Source: Gaiellales bacterium
GTDB taxonomy: Bacteria > Actinomycetota > Thermoleophilia > Gaiellales > JAICJC01
Direction: 5' to 3'
Assembly (NCBI GenBank): GCA_036494095.1
Contig: DASXOR010000075.1
Span: 1 to 52,484 of the forward strand
Length of the DNA stretch: 52,484 nucleotides
Shown here: positions 25,888 to 35,136 of the stretch, piece after piece
How positions within the stretch are numbered: position 1 is the first letter of the stretch
Layout of the letters: the number at the start of each line of letters is the position of its first letter
The notes under the pieces: generated by a model
Database searches by the model: none
Seen by the model: only the letters and a program-made list of their open reading frames with translations
Told to the model about the DNA's origin: nothing
Position numbers and translations under genes: made by a program

Positions 25888-26625
25888 ATGACCAGCCAAC
25901 CCGACAACCGGGACGCCGCCGCATGGGCGCAGCCGATCGACCGACTGCAGGTGTCGGAGGCCGCCCCGGGAGCGCGCAACATCAACGTCGCCGGCCGCAG
26001 GCAGACCTCGCCCATCCAGGGGTTCGGGCGCATGTGGCAGAAGACCTACCGCATCCCCCTGGGCGGTGTGGAGATCGCTCCGGCCGAGGTGATCGACGTC
26101 TGGAAGCGGCACTTCCCCGAGTTCTGGCCGAAGGGCAACAGCTTCTTCGCGCCGCTTGCGGGCATCGCCCCCGGCGAGGTGGCCGCGCTTGACCTGACGA
26201 TGCCGGGCGGGCTCAAGCTCTCGACCGGCGTGCTCGTGCTCTACGCCGACGACGAGTCGTTCACGCTGATGACGCCGCAGGGCCACATGTTCGCCGGGTG
26301 GATCACGTTCAGCGCGTTCGCCGACGACGGCGTCACATATGCCCAGGCGCAGGTGCTGATGCGGGCGAGCGACCCCATGTACGAGCTGGGGATGACGCTC
26401 GGCGGCCACGGCAAGGAGGACCTGCACTGGTCGCACACGCTGCGCTCGCTGGCGGCCCATCTCGGCGCCGAGGGCGAGGTGACGATCCAGAGCGTCTGCG
26501 TCGACCGCGGCCGGCAGTGGTCGAAGGCCGCGAACATCTGGCACAACGCGGGGATACGCTCCGGCATCTACATGTCCGCCGCACCCATCCGCATGATCTC
26601 CCGGCCCTTCCGGCGGGGCGGCTGA
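25888..26625 (+). CDS. Hypothetical protein (possibly DUF1990-like; unverified)
   Basis: 245-aa ORF with a GAAGGGA SD and high GC3. No catalytic motif I can name. Starts 19 nt after the STAS gene. Confidence 0.7.
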   Translation: MTSQPDNRDAAAWAQPIDRLQVSEAAPGARNINVAGRRQTSPIQGFGRMWQKTYRIPLGGVEIAPAEVIDVWKRHFPEFWPKGNSFFAPLAGIAPGEVAALDLTMPGGLKLSTGVLVLYADDESFTLMTPQGHMFAGWITFSAFADDGVTYAQAQVLMRASDPMYELGMTLGGHGKEDLHWSHTLRSLAAHLGAEGEVTIQSVCVDRGRQWSKAANIWHNAGIRSGIYMSAAPIRMISRPFRRGG

Positions 26626-26629
26626 GGGG

Positions 26630-28048
26630 TTGCCCGACGCGGTCGTCGTCGGGGCGGGCCCGAACGGCCTCGCGGCCGCGGTCGAGCTTGCGCGCGCCGG
26701 CCGCTCGGTGCTCCTGTGCGAGCGGGCAGCGGCGGTCGGCGGCGGGGCGACGACGGCCGAGCTGACGCTCCCGGGGTACCGGCACGACGTCTGCTCGGCC
26801 ATCCACCCGCTCGCGGTCGGCTCGCCGTTCCTGCGCACGCTGCCGCTCCACGAGCACGGGCTCGACCTGATCGAGCCCGGCGTGCAGGCCGCCCACCCGC
26901 TCGACGGCGGCCGCGCCGCCGTGCTGCACCGGTCGCTCGAGGAGACGGCGGCGGGCCTCGGCGGGCGCGATGGCGCGGCCTATGCCGGCCTGCTGCGCCC
27001 GTTCGCCGAGGGATGGGACGACCTCGCCCCGATCGTGCTCGGCGCTCCCAGGCCGCCGCGCCACCCGCTGCTCGCCGCCAGGTTCGCGTGGTCGGGGATG
27101 CGAGGTGCGGCCGGCCTGGCCGCGGCCACGTTCCGGTCTGACGCGGGCAGGGCGCTCCTGGCGGGGATGGGAGCGCACTCGATGCGGCCGCTCGAGCGCC
27201 CGCCGACGGCCGGCTTCGCGCTGGTCCTGCTCGCGCTCGGGCACGCCGTGGGCTGGCCTGTGGCGCGCGGCGGCTCACAGGCGATCGCCGATGCGATGGC
27301 GGCGTATCTGCGCTCGCTCGGCGGCGAGATCCAGACCGGCCACGAGGTGCGCTCGCTGGCCGACGTGCCCGATGCGAGGGCGGTGCTGCTCGATGTGACG
27401 CCGCGCCAGCTCGTCGCGATCTGCGGCGACGAACTGCCGCCCCGCTACCGGGCCGCACTCGGCCGCTACCGCTACGGACCGGGCGTGTTCAAGGTCGACT
27501 ACGCCCTCTCGGCGCCGGTGCCGTGGGCGGCCGAGGCGGCCCGCCGGGCCGGGACGGTGCACGTCGGCGGCGCGCTGGCCGAGATCGCCGCCTCCGAGGC
27601 GACGGTCGTGGGCGGCGGCCATCCCGAGCGGCCGTTCGTGCTGGTTGCCCAGCAGAGCCTGGTCGACCCCGGCCGGGCGCCGGAGGGCCACCACACGCTG
27701 TGGGCGTACTGCCATGTCCCCAACGGCTCGACCGTGGACATGACCGCGGCGATCGAGCGCCAGATCGAGCGCTTCGCGCCCGGCTTCCGCGACGTCGTGC
27801 TCGAGCGCTCGGTGCGCGGTCCGGCGGCGCTCGAGGCCGAGAACCCGAACTACGTCGGCGGCGACATCAACGGCGGCGCGGCCGACCTCCGCCAGGTGCT
27901 CGCCCGGCCCGTGCTGCGGGCCTCGCCGCACGCGACGCCCAACCCGCGCATCTTCCTGTGCTCGGCGTCGACGCCGCCCGGCGGCGGCGTCCACGGCATG
28001 TGCGGCCACCACGCCGCGCGGGCGGCCCTGCGCGGCGTGCTGCGGTAA
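26630..28048 (+). CDS. FAD-dependent oxidoreductase, phytoene-desaturase (CrtI)-related family
   Basis: TTG start 5 nt after the upstream stop. N-terminal dinucleotide-binding VVVGAGPNGLAAAVELARAG...ERAAAVGGG. C-terminal STPPGGGVHGMCG is typical of this family. 472 aa. Confidence 0.85.
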   Translation: MPDAVVVGAGPNGLAAAVELARAGRSVLLCERAAAVGGGATTAELTLPGYRHDVCSAIHPLAVGSPFLRTLPLHEHGLDLIEPGVQAAHPLDGGRAAVLHRSLEETAAGLGGRDGAAYAGLLRPFAEGWDDLAPIVLGAPRPPRHPLLAARFAWSGMRGAAGLAAATFRSDAGRALLAGMGAHSMRPLERPPTAGFALVLLALGHAVGWPVARGGSQAIADAMAAYLRSLGGEIQTGHEVRSLADVPDARAVLLDVTPRQLVAICGDELPPRYRAALGRYRYGPGVFKVDYALSAPVPWAAEAARRAGTVHVGGALAEIAASEATVVGGGHPERPFVLVAQQSLVDPGRAPEGHHTLWAYCHVPNGSTVDMTAAIERQIERFAPGFRDVVLERSVRGPAALEAENPNYVGGDINGGAADLRQVLARPVLRASPHATPNPRIFLCSASTPPGGGVHGMCGHHAARAALRGVLR

Positions 28049-28091
28049 GGCCGCCCTCGGTAGGATTGCGGCGAGGACGCGAGGGGAGGCT

Positions 28092-28499
28092 GTGGGAAGC
28101 GCAGACGTGGTGCGGGAGTATCTGGCTCTGCTGCAGCGCCGCGATCCGGCGGGGCTGGACGTCGTCGTCGCCGAGGATGTGGTGGTGATCGGACCGGACG
28201 GCAGCACCGTCTTCTCCGACCGCGCGGCCTGGAAGCAGGCGATGGCTGACGAGCCGTTCACCGACGAGCGGATCGAGATCGACGATCTGGTTGCCGAAGG
28301 CGATCGGGTCGCGCTCCGTTTCCGCCTGACGGCCGTTCACAGCGGCACGGCGTTCGGAGTCGCCCCCACCGGCAAGCAGATCACCACCAGCGGCACGAAG
28401 ATCTACACCGTGAGGCACGGCCGGATCGTGCGCATCGCCGGCCACGACGACGTGCTGGGCCTGCTGCGGCAGCTCGGTCTGGCGGAGCTCCCGGTCTGA
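28092..28499 (+). CDS. SnoaL-like / ester-cyclase NTF2-fold protein
   Basis: 135 aa with a GTG start. VREYLALLQRRD...VAEGDRVALRFRLTAVHSGTAFGVAPTGKQITTSGTKIYTVRHGRIV matches the SnoaL-like polyketide-cyclase pattern. Confidence 0.8.
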   Translation: MGSADVVREYLALLQRRDPAGLDVVVAEDVVVIGPDGSTVFSDRAAWKQAMADEPFTDERIEIDDLVAEGDRVALRFRLTAVHSGTAFGVAPTGKQITTSGTKIYTVRHGRIVRIAGHDDVLGLLRQLGLAELPV

Positions 28500-28540
28500 G
28501 GTCGGATTGGTGCGGGCGGGCCGGCGCGGGGCGGGTGCGC

Positions 28541-28721
28541 TCAAATGACATCCGCGCCAACTGCCAAATGGCCGAGCGGCGCCAATTGACATCCACGCGA
28601 ACTGCCAATTGGCCGGATCGGCCGGCCAGCCCAATTGACATCCACGCGAACTGCCAACTGGCAGGATCGGCTCGCCCCGACGCCGCGGCCAATTGGCATC
28701 CGCGCGAACTGCCAATTGGTC
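28541..28721. repeat. Array of four direct repeats of a ~33-bp CCAATTG double-box unit
   Basis: Units at 28541-28573, 28581-28614, 28630-28663 and 28688-28721. Consensus CCAATTGrCATCCrCGCGAACTGCCAATTGG. The two heptamers in every unit are 23 bp apart. Inter-unit spacers are 7, 15 and 24 bp. Non-coding gap between the SnoaL-like and PAP2 genes. Confidence 0.9.
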
Positions 28722-28794
28722 ACAGCAGCGCCTCCGCCGGGGGGGGCCCCCTCCAATAGCCGCCCCCTGACGCTCGTCCATACTCCGGCGGCCC

Positions 28795-29361
28795 GTGGAA
28801 GCGCTCGACCGACACGTCGTGGAGTGGCTGGCCGGCCTGGATTGGCCGGTGGTGACCCCGCTGATGAAGGGCTTCACCTACGCCGGCGGCGCCGGTGCGA
28901 TCTGGATCGTCATCGGCGCGGCAGCGGCGGTCAGGCTCCGCCGTCCTCTGGTCTTCGTGGTGCTTGTCGTGTCGGTGCGGCTGTCGGCAATCCTCGACGG
29001 CGTGCTGAAGCGCGCGATCGGCAGGCAGCGGCCGCCACTTGCGGATCCCCGCGTCCACCCTCTGATCCCGCTCCCCCACGACCCGTCGATGCCGAGCGGG
29101 CACGCGATGATGGCCTTCACGGGCGCGGTCTTCCTGGCTGCGGTCGTCCCGCGATTCCGGTGGGCGCTGCTCGCGCTCGCGGCGGCGATCGGGCTCTCGC
29201 GCGTCTACCTCGGCGTGCACTATCCGAGCGACGTCCTCGTCGGTGCGCTGCTCGGGGCGGCGATCGGGGCGGTCGCGATTCCCGTGCTGGGCGTGGGGGA
29301 GCGGGCGCTGCGGTCGTGGCGCACACGGTCGCGCCGCCGCGACGCCGCCGCGCGGCGATAA
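28795..29361 (+). CDS. PAP2-family membrane phosphatase (phosphatidic acid / undecaprenyl-PP phosphatase-like)
   Basis: All three acid-phosphatase motifs: KRAIGRQRP, PSGH and SRVYLGVHYPSD. Several TM segments. GTG start. Confidence 0.88.
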   Translation: MEALDRHVVEWLAGLDWPVVTPLMKGFTYAGGAGAIWIVIGAAAAVRLRRPLVFVVLVVSVRLSAILDGVLKRAIGRQRPPLADPRVHPLIPLPHDPSMPSGHAMMAFTGAVFLAAVVPRFRWALLALAAAIGLSRVYLGVHYPSDVLVGALLGAAIGAVAIPVLGVGERALRSWRTRSRRRDAAARR

Positions 29362-29368
29362 TCGCGCC

Positions 29369-30601
29369 GTGCCCATCGTCGTCCGCACCGCCGGCCTCGT
29401 GCTGACCGAGCGCGAGTTCTCGGTTCCGCTCGACCACGGGAGCCCCGACGGCGAGCGGATCACGGTCTTCGCCCGCGAGGTCGCCGATCCCGACGGCGTG
29501 GAGCGACCCTTCCTGCTCTATGTGCAGGGCGGCCCCGGCAGCGAGGCGCCGCGGCCCGCCCGGCACCCGGATACGCCCGCCTGGCTCGGCCGGGCGCTGC
29601 GCGAGTTCCGCGTGCTGATGCTCGACCAGCGCGGCACCGGCCGCTCGACGCCGGTGAGGTGGCTGCCGGGCCGCACGCCGGCCGAGCAGGCCGAGTACCT
29701 GGCCCACTTCCGCGCCGACTCCATCGTGCGGGACGCGGAGTGGATCCGCCGCGAGCTCGGCGTCGAGCGCTGGAGCGTGCTCGGCCAGAGCTTCGGCGGG
29801 TTCTGCGTGACGACCTACCTCTCGTTCGCACCGGAAGGCCTGCGGGAGGCGTTCTTCACGGGCGGCCTGCCGCCGGTCGGACGGCCCACCGACGACGTCT
29901 ACCGGGCCACGTACGAGCGGGTGCTCGAGCGCACCCGGCGCTACTACGAGCGCTACCCGAGCGACCGGACGCGGGTCCGCGAGCTGCGAAGCCGTCTCGA
30001 CGCCGAGGACGTGCGGCTGCCGGGCGGCGACCGGCTCACCGGGCCGCGCCTGCGCCAGCTCGGCCAGCTGCTGGGCATGGGCCCCGGCGCCGAGCGCCTG
30101 CACTCGATCCTCGAGCTCCCGGCCGACTCGCCGGCCTTTCTGTACGACGTCGAAAACGCGCTCGACTTCGCCCGCAACCCGCTCTACGCCGTCATCCACG
30201 AGGCCTGCTACGCCGACGGCTGCGCGACGCGCTGGTCGGCCGAGCGGCTGCTGCCGGCCGCCTATGCCGACCCGGAGCTCTTCACGGGCGAACACGTCTA
30301 TCCGTGGATGTTCACCGACTACGCCGCGCTCGCGCCGCTGCGCGAGGCAGCAGAGCTGCTCGCCGAGCGGGAGTGGCCGCGGCTGTATGACCCCGAGCAG
30401 CTGGCGCGAAACGAGGTGCCCGCCGCCGCGGCCGTCTACGCCGGCGACATGTACGTCGAGCGCGCGTTCTCCGAGGAGACGGCCGGGAGGATCCGCGGCC
30501 TGCGCGCGTGGATCACAAACGAATACGAGCACGACGGCCTGCGCGCCGACGGCGAGCGCATCCTCGGGCGGCTGATCGACCTCGCCCGCGGGCAGGCTTG
30601 A
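29369..30601 (+). CDS. Alpha/beta hydrolase (S33 prolyl-aminopeptidase-like)
   Basis: GTG 29369 ([23 protein letters not shown]...). LDQRGTGRS and nucleophile elbow GQSFGG. 410 aa. The track extension to 29243 overlaps the PAP2 gene and was rejected. Confidence 0.82.
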   Translation: MPIVVRTAGLVLTEREFSVPLDHGSPDGERITVFAREVADPDGVERPFLLYVQGGPGSEAPRPARHPDTPAWLGRALREFRVLMLDQRGTGRSTPVRWLPGRTPAEQAEYLAHFRADSIVRDAEWIRRELGVERWSVLGQSFGGFCVTTYLSFAPEGLREAFFTGGLPPVGRPTDDVYRATYERVLERTRRYYERYPSDRTRVRELRSRLDAEDVRLPGGDRLTGPRLRQLGQLLGMGPGAERLHSILELPADSPAFLYDVENALDFARNPLYAVIHEACYADGCATRWSAERLLPAAYADPELFTGEHVYPWMFTDYAALAPLREAAELLAEREWPRLYDPEQLARNEVPAAAAVYAGDMYVERAFSEETAGRIRGLRAWITNEYEHDGLRADGERILGRLIDLARGQA

Positions 30602-30623
30602 CAGGTCCACTACGCTCGGGCGA

Positions 30624-32528
30624 ATGAGCGACGCCGACGAGACGACCGCCCAGCCGTTCTCGGGCCGCACCGCCTGGGCCCGCAGCCTGGAGCGGCCGCT
30701 GCTCGACTTCATGCGTACCGAGACAGGCAGCGCTGCGTTCCTGCTCGCGGCGACGGTGGCGGCGCTCGTGTGGGTGAACGCCGACCAGGCGGCGTACGAG
30801 TCGCTGTGGCACACGCAGCTCGAGATCCGCGTGGGCGGCGCGTCGGTGGTGCTCGACCTGCGCCAGTGGCTGAACAGCGGCCTGATGACGTTCTTCTTCT
30901 TCGTCGTCGGCCTCGAGGCCCGGCGCGAGTTCGACATCGGCGAGCTGCGCGAGCGGCGCCGGGTGACGCTGCCGCTGCTGGCCGGGCTCGGCGGCATGGT
31001 CGTGCCCGTCCTCATCTATCTGGCGCTGAACGCCGGCAACGGTACCGCGCACGGCTGGGGGACGGCCATGTCGACGGACACGGCGTTCGCGCTCGGGATG
31101 CTGGCGCTCGTCGGCCCGCGGTTCCCGGATCGGCTGCGCTCGTTCATGCTCACCGTCGTCGTCGTGGACGACGTTGCCGCGCTGGTCGTGATCGCGACGG
31201 TCTACACGGGCGACGTGTGGATGCGGGCTCTGGGCGTGGCGGCGGGACTGTTCGTCGCGGTGCTCGCCCTGCGCGCGGCCGGGATCCGGTTCGGCCTCCT
31301 GTATGCGCTGCTGGCGACGGCCCTGTGGGTGGCGCTCTTGAAGTCGGGCGTCGACCCGGTGCTGGCGGGCCTCGCCATGGGCCTGATCACGTACGCCTAC
31401 CCGGCGTCGCGCTCCGACCTCGAGCGGGCGAGCGACCTCTTCCGGCTCTTCCGCGAGCAGCCGACGCCGGAGCTCGCGCGGTCGGCCCAGGTCGGGCTCC
31501 AGTCCGCCATCTCGCCCAACGAGCGGCTGCTGCAGGTCTTCCATCCCTGGACGAGTTACGTGATCGTGCCCCTGTTCGCGCTCGCGAACGCCGGCATCCC
31601 GCTCTCCGGCGGGTTCCTGGAGCGGGCGTTCACCTCGCCCGTGACCATCGGGATACTGATCGGGTACGTGGCCGGCAAGCCGGTCGGCGTGGTCGGCACG
31701 GCCTTCATCGTGACCAGGCTCAGCCGCGGCCGCCTGCGCCCGCCGGTGGGATGGGCGGCCGTCGCCGGCGGCGGCGCGATCGCGGGGATCGGGTTCACCG
31801 TCTCGATCCTGATCGCGACGCTCGCGTTCCGGGGGGCGCGGCTCGAGGAGGCGAAGCTCGGCGTTCTGAGCGCCGCGCTCGTCTCGTCGGCGGCGACGTG
31901 GATGCTGTTCCGGGCAACGGAGCGGCTGCCGAAGCAGTGGCGCCTGCGCGCGCTGATCGGGACGGCGCGGCCGATCGTCGACCTGGCCGTGCCGGTCGAC
32001 GCCGACCGCGACCATCTCCGCGGCCCGCCCGATGCGCCGATCACGCTCGTCGAGTACGGCGACCTCGAGTGCCCGTACTGCGGTCAGGCCGAGCCGGTGA
32101 TCCGCGAGCTCCTGGCCGAGACCGGCGACCTGCGCTACGTGTGGCGGCACCTTCCACTGAACGACGTCCACCCGATGGCGCAGCAGGCGGCGGAGGCGAC
32201 CGAGGCGGCCGCCGAGCAGGGGGCATTCTGGGAGCTGCACGACCTCCTGCTGGGCCGCCAGGACGCGCTGCGGCTGCCCGACCTGATCCGCTATGCGCGG
32301 GAGCTCGGGCTCGACACCGAGCGGTTCGGCGAGGACATGCGCAAGCAGACCGGGCGGGCGCGGATCGCCGAGGACGTCGACGGCGCCGACCTCTCGGGAG
32401 TCTCCGGGACGCCGACCTTTTTCGTGAACGGCCGCCGTCACTATGGCGCCTACGACATCGACACCCTCACCAGGGCCGTGCGGGCCGCGCGCGCCCGGGC
32501 GGCGCTCAAGCCCAAGGCCGCCACCTGA
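30624..32528 (+). CDS. nhaA: Na+/H+ antiporter NhaA fused to a C-terminal DsbA/thioredoxin-like domain
   Basis: The N-terminal ~430 aa has NhaA-type TM segments ([29 protein letters not shown]). The C-terminal ~180 aa has a thioredoxin fold with CPYC and [10 protein letters not shown]. Confidence 0.88.
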   Translation: MSDADETTAQPFSGRTAWARSLERPLLDFMRTETGSAAFLLAATVAALVWVNADQAAYESLWHTQLEIRVGGASVVLDLRQWLNSGLMTFFFFVVGLEARREFDIGELRERRRVTLPLLAGLGGMVVPVLIYLALNAGNGTAHGWGTAMSTDTAFALGMLALVGPRFPDRLRSFMLTVVVVDDVAALVVIATVYTGDVWMRALGVAAGLFVAVLALRAAGIRFGLLYALLATALWVALLKSGVDPVLAGLAMGLITYAYPASRSDLERASDLFRLFREQPTPELARSAQVGLQSAISPNERLLQVFHPWTSYVIVPLFALANAGIPLSGGFLERAFTSPVTIGILIGYVAGKPVGVVGTAFIVTRLSRGRLRPPVGWAAVAGGGAIAGIGFTVSILIATLAFRGARLEEAKLGVLSAALVSSAATWMLFRATERLPKQWRLRALIGTARPIVDLAVPVDADRDHLRGPPDAPITLVEYGDLECPYCGQAEPVIRELLAETGDLRYVWRHLPLNDVHPMAQQAAEATEAAAEQGAFWELHDLLLGRQDALRLPDLIRYARELGLDTERFGEDMRKQTGRARIAEDVDGADLSGVSGTPTFFVNGRRHYGAYDIDTLTRAVRAARARAALKPKAAT

Positions 32529-32541
32529 TGAACGGGCGACA

Positions 32542-32581
32542 AGCGGGGCCTGGCCCCGCTTGAACCGGGGCCAGGCCCCGG
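32542..32581. terminator. Twin GC palindromes (second copy of the 5.36-kb element; terminator-like)
   Basis: AGCGGGGCCTGGCCCCGCT (32542-32560), then tgaac, then CGGGGCCAGGCCCCGG (32566-32581). Begins 14 nt after the nhaA stop. Confidence 0.6.
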
Positions 32582-32626
32582 GCCGTTCCTTGCAGCTTCC
32601 TTGCAGGACGAACCGCCGCCGCGCCG

Positions 32627-34339
32627 GTGGCGTATATATCGCACGTGGACGTGACGTTGATCGCCGTCGCCGCGGTCGCCGGGCTCGCGACGTTCCTCTC
32701 GCCCTGCGTGCTGCCGGTGCTGCCGGTCGTGGCGGCGGCGGCGAGCACCGGCGGGCGCCGCCGTCCACTCGGCATCGCCGTCGGGCTCGCGGTCGCGTTC
32801 GTGGTCTTCACCCTGCTCGCCTCGCGCGTCCTCTCGGCGCTCGGCCTGCCCCAGGATCTGCTGCGCAACATCGCCATCGGGCTGCTCGCGGTGGCCGGGG
32901 TCGCGCTGCTCGTGCCGGCTCTGGGGGAGTGGATCGGGCGGGCCTTCCAGCCGCTGGCCGCGGGCGCCGGCGGGCGGCTCGCGACCGGGCAGGGGTTCTG
33001 GTCGGGCGTCGGCCTCGGCGCGGGTCTCGCGCTCGTGTGGACTCCGTGCGCCGGGCCGATCCTGGCCGCGGTGAGCGCGCTCAGCGCCGAGCGCCGCATC
33101 TCGCTCGAGCTCGTCGCGATCACGCTCGCCTATGCGGCCGGTGCCACGCTGCCGCTGTTTGCGCTCGCGCTGCTCGGGCAGCGGGCGGCCGGCCAGCTCG
33201 CCCGCGTCCGCCGCGGCGGCACGGTCGTGCGCCGGATCTCCGGCGCGGTGCTCGTCGCGGCGGCGTTCCTGTTCACCACCGACATCCCCACCCAGCTCGC
33301 CGCCAGCGCGCCCGGCTACGTGTCGGCGATCCAGCGCGTCGAGCGCGCGCACTCGATCTCCGGCGACCTGCGCCACCTGACCGCGTCGGCCGCCAACGAC
33401 CCCTCCGCCGTCGCCGCCGGCAGATCTCCCGGCACCCTCCGCAACTACGGCCCGGCTCCCGACTTCACGGGCATCACGAAGTGGCTGAACACGCCGGGGG
33501 CGCGGCCGCTCTCGCTGCGCGGGCTGCGGGGCAAGGTCGTGCTGGTGGACTTCTGGACATACTCGTGCGTGAACTGCATCCGCACGCTGCCGTACCTGAA
33601 GGCCTGGTATGCCCGCTATCACCGCGACGGCCTCGTGATCGTCGGCGTGCACACGCCCGAGTTCGCCTTCGAGCACGTCGTCGCAAACGTGCAGCGGGCG
33701 GTGAGCGAGCACGGCATCAGCTACCCGGTCGCCGTCGACGACGGCTACGGCACCTGGGACGCGTGGGGCAACCAGTACTGGCCGGCCGACTACTTGATCG
33801 ACCGAAACGGCGACGTCCGCGACGCCCACTTCGGCGAGGGTGCCTACACCCAGACGCAGGACGACATCCGCCTCCTGCTGGGCGAGCGCGGCACGGGGGC
33901 GATGGCCCGCGCCCACGATGCGATCACCCCGTCGGGCAGCGTCCGCACGCCGGAGACCTACCTGGGCACCTACCGCGCCGCCGCCTACTCCCAGAAGCTG
34001 CACCCGGGGGCGGACTGGGACTACGGCGCGGCGACCGGAACGGCGACGAACACCGTCGCTCTCGCCGGCCACTGGACGGTCGAGAGCCACCAGATCGTGG
34101 CCGGGACGGGGGCGCGGCTGCTCTTCAACTACGTCGCGCCGCGCATCTACCTGGTCGCGGCGCCGCCCGGAGCGGCGGCCGTCACCCTCGGCGTCGCGGT
34201 CGACGGCAAGCGGCAGGCGCCGGTGCGCGTGCCCGCCGACGACCTGTACCAGCTCGCCCACCTGCCGGCGGCCGGGCCGCACCTGCTCGACCTGTCCGTC
34301 CCGGCCGGGACGACGCTCTACTCGTTCACGTTCGGCTGA
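32627..34339 (+). CDS. DipZ-like protein: CcdA/DsbD-type thiol:disulfide transporter fused to a thioredoxin-like (redoxin) domain
   Basis: TM domain with the two conserved Cys (FLSPCVLPVLP and WTPCAGPIL). Periplasmic half with VLVDFWTYSCVNCIRTLP (CxxC). The true start may be GTG 32645 or 32651. Confidence 0.85.
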   Translation: MAYISHVDVTLIAVAAVAGLATFLSPCVLPVLPVVAAAASTGGRRRPLGIAVGLAVAFVVFTLLASRVLSALGLPQDLLRNIAIGLLAVAGVALLVPALGEWIGRAFQPLAAGAGGRLATGQGFWSGVGLGAGLALVWTPCAGPILAAVSALSAERRISLELVAITLAYAAGATLPLFALALLGQRAAGQLARVRRGGTVVRRISGAVLVAAAFLFTTDIPTQLAASAPGYVSAIQRVERAHSISGDLRHLTASAANDPSAVAAGRSPGTLRNYGPAPDFTGITKWLNTPGARPLSLRGLRGKVVLVDFWTYSCVNCIRTLPYLKAWYARYHRDGLVIVGVHTPEFAFEHVVANVQRAVSEHGISYPVAVDDGYGTWDAWGNQYWPADYLIDRNGDVRDAHFGEGAYTQTQDDIRLLLGERGTGAMARAHDAITPSGSVRTPETYLGTYRAAAYSQKLHPGADWDYGAATGTATNTVALAGHWTVESHQIVAGTGARLLFNYVAPRIYLVAAPPGAAAVTLGVAVDGKRQAPVRVPADDLYQLAHLPAAGPHLLDLSVPAGTTLYSFTFG

Positions 34340-35076
34340 CCGTCGCCGCGCAGGCGCGCGCGGAGGCCACGCAGCGCGTCCGGGCTGACGCCGGCCGCGA
34401 TCAGATATCCGTGCACGGAGCCGTGCCGGCGCTCGATCTCGCCGACGACATCCGCCATGACAGTCGCAGGCGCCTGGGCGAACACCAGCCGGCGGGCGCG
34501 CTCCTCGGCGTCGGGCGCCGCGGCCACCCACAGGGCGTGGCTGGCGGCCAGCCGCTCCTCGCTCTCCGCATAGTCCCGGGCGACCTCCTCGACCGAGACG
34601 CCGGCGAGCCGCAGGACGAGGGCCGACACGAGGCCGGTGCGGTCACGGCCGCCGACACAGTGGACGCACACGGTGCCCAGCGGCGCCGACGCGATCTCGT
34701 GGACGGCCGCCCCGAAGTTCACGCGGAAGCGGTCGAGGAACTCGAGGTACGACCAGCGCAGGTACCCAGGGGCGTCGGTCTGCGTCATCCGGGCTTCGAG
34801 CGCCTTGCGGTAGTCGTCGTCCCACTCACCCAGGAGCGACACGTGCACGACCTCGACCGGCAACGCGTCGAGAGCATCCTCGTCGAGCTCCCACGGAAAG
34901 CGCAGATCGACCACGCGGATCACACCGTGGTCGACGAGCGTCTGCAGGCTGCGCAGGCGGCGCACGTTGTCGGCCCGCACGATCACGCCGAAGCGCGTGG
35001 TGGCGCCGTCCTCGGTCGGAAGGCCGCCGAGGTCGCGCACGTTCTCGAGCCCATCCCAGATGAGCGTCCGGCTCAC
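34318..35076 (-). CDS. Protein-tyrosine phosphatase-like protein (Y_phosphatase3-type)
   Basis: P-loop VHCVGGRDRTG (C-x5-R-T). N-terminal NVRDLGG motif. 252 aa. Its 3' end overlaps the convergent DipZ-like gene by 22 nt. Confidence 0.82.
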   Translation of the reverse strand: MSRTLIWDGLENVRDLGGLPTEDGATTRFGVIVRADNVRRLRSLQTLVDHGVIRVVDLRFPWELDEDALDALPVEVVHVSLLGEWDDDYRKALEARMTQTDAPGYLRWSYLEFLDRFRVNFGAAVHEIASAPLGTVCVHCVGGRDRTGLVSALVLRLAGVSVEEVARDYAESEERLAASHALWVAAAPDAEERARRLVFAQAPATVMADVVGEIERRHGSVHGYLIAAGVSPDALRGLRARLRGDGQPNVNE

Positions 35077-35136
35077 ACGGGCATCCTACGATCCCATTCC
35101 GGCCATGCTCCGGCGCTACGCGGGCGCCCGCCGGCG

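Noticed and set aside
17107-28721. Interpreting the block bounded by the CCAATTG elements as a mobile genomic island.
   Set aside because: There is no integrase, transposase, tRNA attachment site or direct terminal duplication in the window. By eye, codon usage does not differ from the flanks. The idea is kept only as a weak alternative inside the bracket finding.
28535-28759. Small ORFs on both strands through the CCAATTG repeat array, and the idea that the array is a CRISPR.
   Set aside because: The peptide sequences only mirror the DNA repeat (ANCQ / ANW motifs), with no SD or codon bias. As a CRISPR it fails: spacers are only 7-24 bp, there are only four units, and no cas genes or leader are present.
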